Part shown: piece by piece, positions 34,392-35,535 of the stretch
How positions within the stretch are numbered: the first letter of the stretch is position 1
How the letters are laid out: every line of letters begins with the position of its first letter
Assembly (NCBI GenBank): GCA_918290775.1
Contig: CAKJZF010000017.1
Location: 1-35,535, forward strand
Source: Clostridiales bacterium
GTDB lineage: Bacteria > Bacillota > Clostridia > Oscillospirales > CAG-272
Direction of reading: 5' to 3'
Length of the DNA stretch: 35,535 bases
Notes under the pieces: generated by a model
Databases searched by the model: none
Told to the model about the DNA's origin: nothing
Seen by the model: only the letters and a program-made list of their open reading frames with translations
Program-made: the position numbers and the translations under genes

Positions 34392-35535
34392 TTATTCGGC
34401 AAAATTCAGAACTTGATCTGCCATTTCCTCGCGGTTGCAAATCTCACGGAAACGGATCTCGCGAGCGGCAAGTCCCGCCAGCGGATAAGGAATCTGCGTG
34501 CCGGTCAGTGCCGCAAGCTCGTCCAGCGCTTCGAGGTCTCCGGACGGTTCCTTCCCGGAAATGGCGCGATAGACGTGATTTGCAAATTTATAGGGGCTTG
34601 CCGTGGAATCTGTGACCAGCGGAAGCCTGTCGTCGGTGTCGGCGAGATACTGCTCTGCGGCGGCAAGAGCCACTGCCGTATGGGTGTCGCAGAGATAGCC
34701 GTCCCGTTTCCAGAAGCGGCAGATGGTTTCCGACGTTTGGTCTTCATCGGCACAGTAACCGACAAAGTCCTTCCGAATCTCGGCGAGAACGTCAGCGTCA
34801 ACGGCGTAACGCCCCGTTTCGCGGAGCTGTTTCATGTAGGAAACCGTTTTTTCCGATCCTGCCGCAAACCAAAGCAGACGCTCCAGATTGCTCGAAATCA
34901 GAATATCCATGGAAGGGGACATGGTCAGGTGGAAACGGCGGTTTCGGTCGTAAACACCCGTCGCGAGGAAGTCGGTCAGAATGTTGTTGGAGTTGGAGGC
35001 GCAGATCAGCCGACCGATCGGCAACCCCATGCGCTTTGCAAGGTAGGCGGCAAAGATATTGCCGAAATTTCCTGTCGGAACGCAGACGTTGAACGCTTCG
35101 CCCGGCTTGCGTTTGCCGGTGTTCAGAAGATCGCAATAGGCGGATACATAGTAGACGATCTGCGGCGCAAGACGTCCCCAGTTGATGGAGTTTGCGCTGG
35201 AGAGAAAATACCCTTTTCGGTCAAGCGTTTCCGCGATGTCCGCATTCCCGAAGATTTCCTTTACGCCGTTTTGCGCGTCGTCGAAATTGCCTCGAATGGC
35301 ACGAACGGCAACGTTGTCGCCGCACTGCGTTGCCATTTGCAGTTTTTGAACGCGGCTGACGCCATCCACAGGGTAAAATACCATCATTTTGATTTGCGGA
35401 ATGTCACGGTAGCCTTCCAAGGCGGCTTTTCCGGTGTCCCCGGAGGTTGCGACAAGGATCAGCGCGGTGCGTTTTTCGCCGGTTTTGACGAGCGCACGGG
35501 AGAGCAAACGGGGCATGATCTGCAATGCCATATCC
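34392..35535 (-). CDS. thrC: Threonine synthase, 5'-truncated by the window edge
   Basis: ATSGDTG, QKLQM, GNFDDAQ, SSANSINWGRL, VPTGNFGNI, SPSMDILISSNLERL, DTHTAVA, STASPYKF. Confidence 0.95.
   Translation of the reverse strand, partial: DMALQIMPRLLSRALVKTGEKRTALILVATSGDTGKAALEGYRDIPQIKMMVFYPVDGVSRVQKLQMATQCGDNVAVRAIRGNFDDAQNGVKEIFGNADIAETLDRKGYFLSSANSINWGRLAPQIVYYVSAYCDLLNTGKRKPGEAFNVCVPTGNFGNIFAAYLAKRMGLPIGRLICASNSNNILTDFLATGVYDRNRRFHLTMSPSMDILISSNLERLLWFAAGSEKTVSYMKQLRETGRYAVDADVLAEIRKDFVGYCADEDQTSETICRFWKRDGYLCDTHTAVALAAAEQYLADTDDRLPLVTDSTASPYKFANHVYRAISGKEPSGDLEALDELAALTGTQIPYPLAGLAAREIRFREICNREEMADQVLNFAE

Noticed and set aside
1-35535. CRISPR array, tRNA/rRNA genes, transposases, recoded stop codons
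   Set aside because: No regularly spaced repeats, cloverleafs, rRNA signatures, DDE/HUH motifs or interrupted conserved genes were seen by eye.

Overview
Chromosomal, mostly core-genome window from a spore-forming Bacillota (Clostridia, probably an Oscillospirales-like lineage; inferred from spoIVA, gpr-spoIIP, a T-box-controlled pheST, tig-clpP-clpX and sigma-A/E/F-type promoters). About 31 genes can be supported: NagD-type HAD hydrolase; a DAGK-PlsC-PHP phosphatase cluster; a secreted GLUG-repeat protein with a coupled 49-aa peptide that is missing from the ORF track; a stand-alone EVE/PUA-like protein; rhamnulokinase; prs; AraC; trkA-trkH; a stand-alone D-aspartate-ligase-like N-terminal domain; GNAT; a uracil/xanthine permease with a structured leader; spoIVA; DUF5662; a membrane XRE regulator; pheS-pheT; an enlarged orphan OppA-like lipoprotein; gpr; a SpoIIP that appears to have lost its catalytic residues; a LexA/CI-like repressor; a Cys-rich coat-like protein; clpX, clpP, tig; a metallophosphoesterase; DUF1540; and a partial thrC. 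No rRNA, tRNA, CRISPR array, transposase or integrase was seen. Best leads: (1) the YxxPxL-leader, Trp-rich peptide coupled to the GLUG protein; (2) the apparent pseudo-enzyme SpoIIP; (3) an orphan promoter-terminator unit (candidate sRNA) convergent on the LexA-like gene; (4) a non-canonical attenuator-like leader on the permease; (5) two stand-alone domains. All family calls come from motif recognition by eye; no database searches or folding were run.
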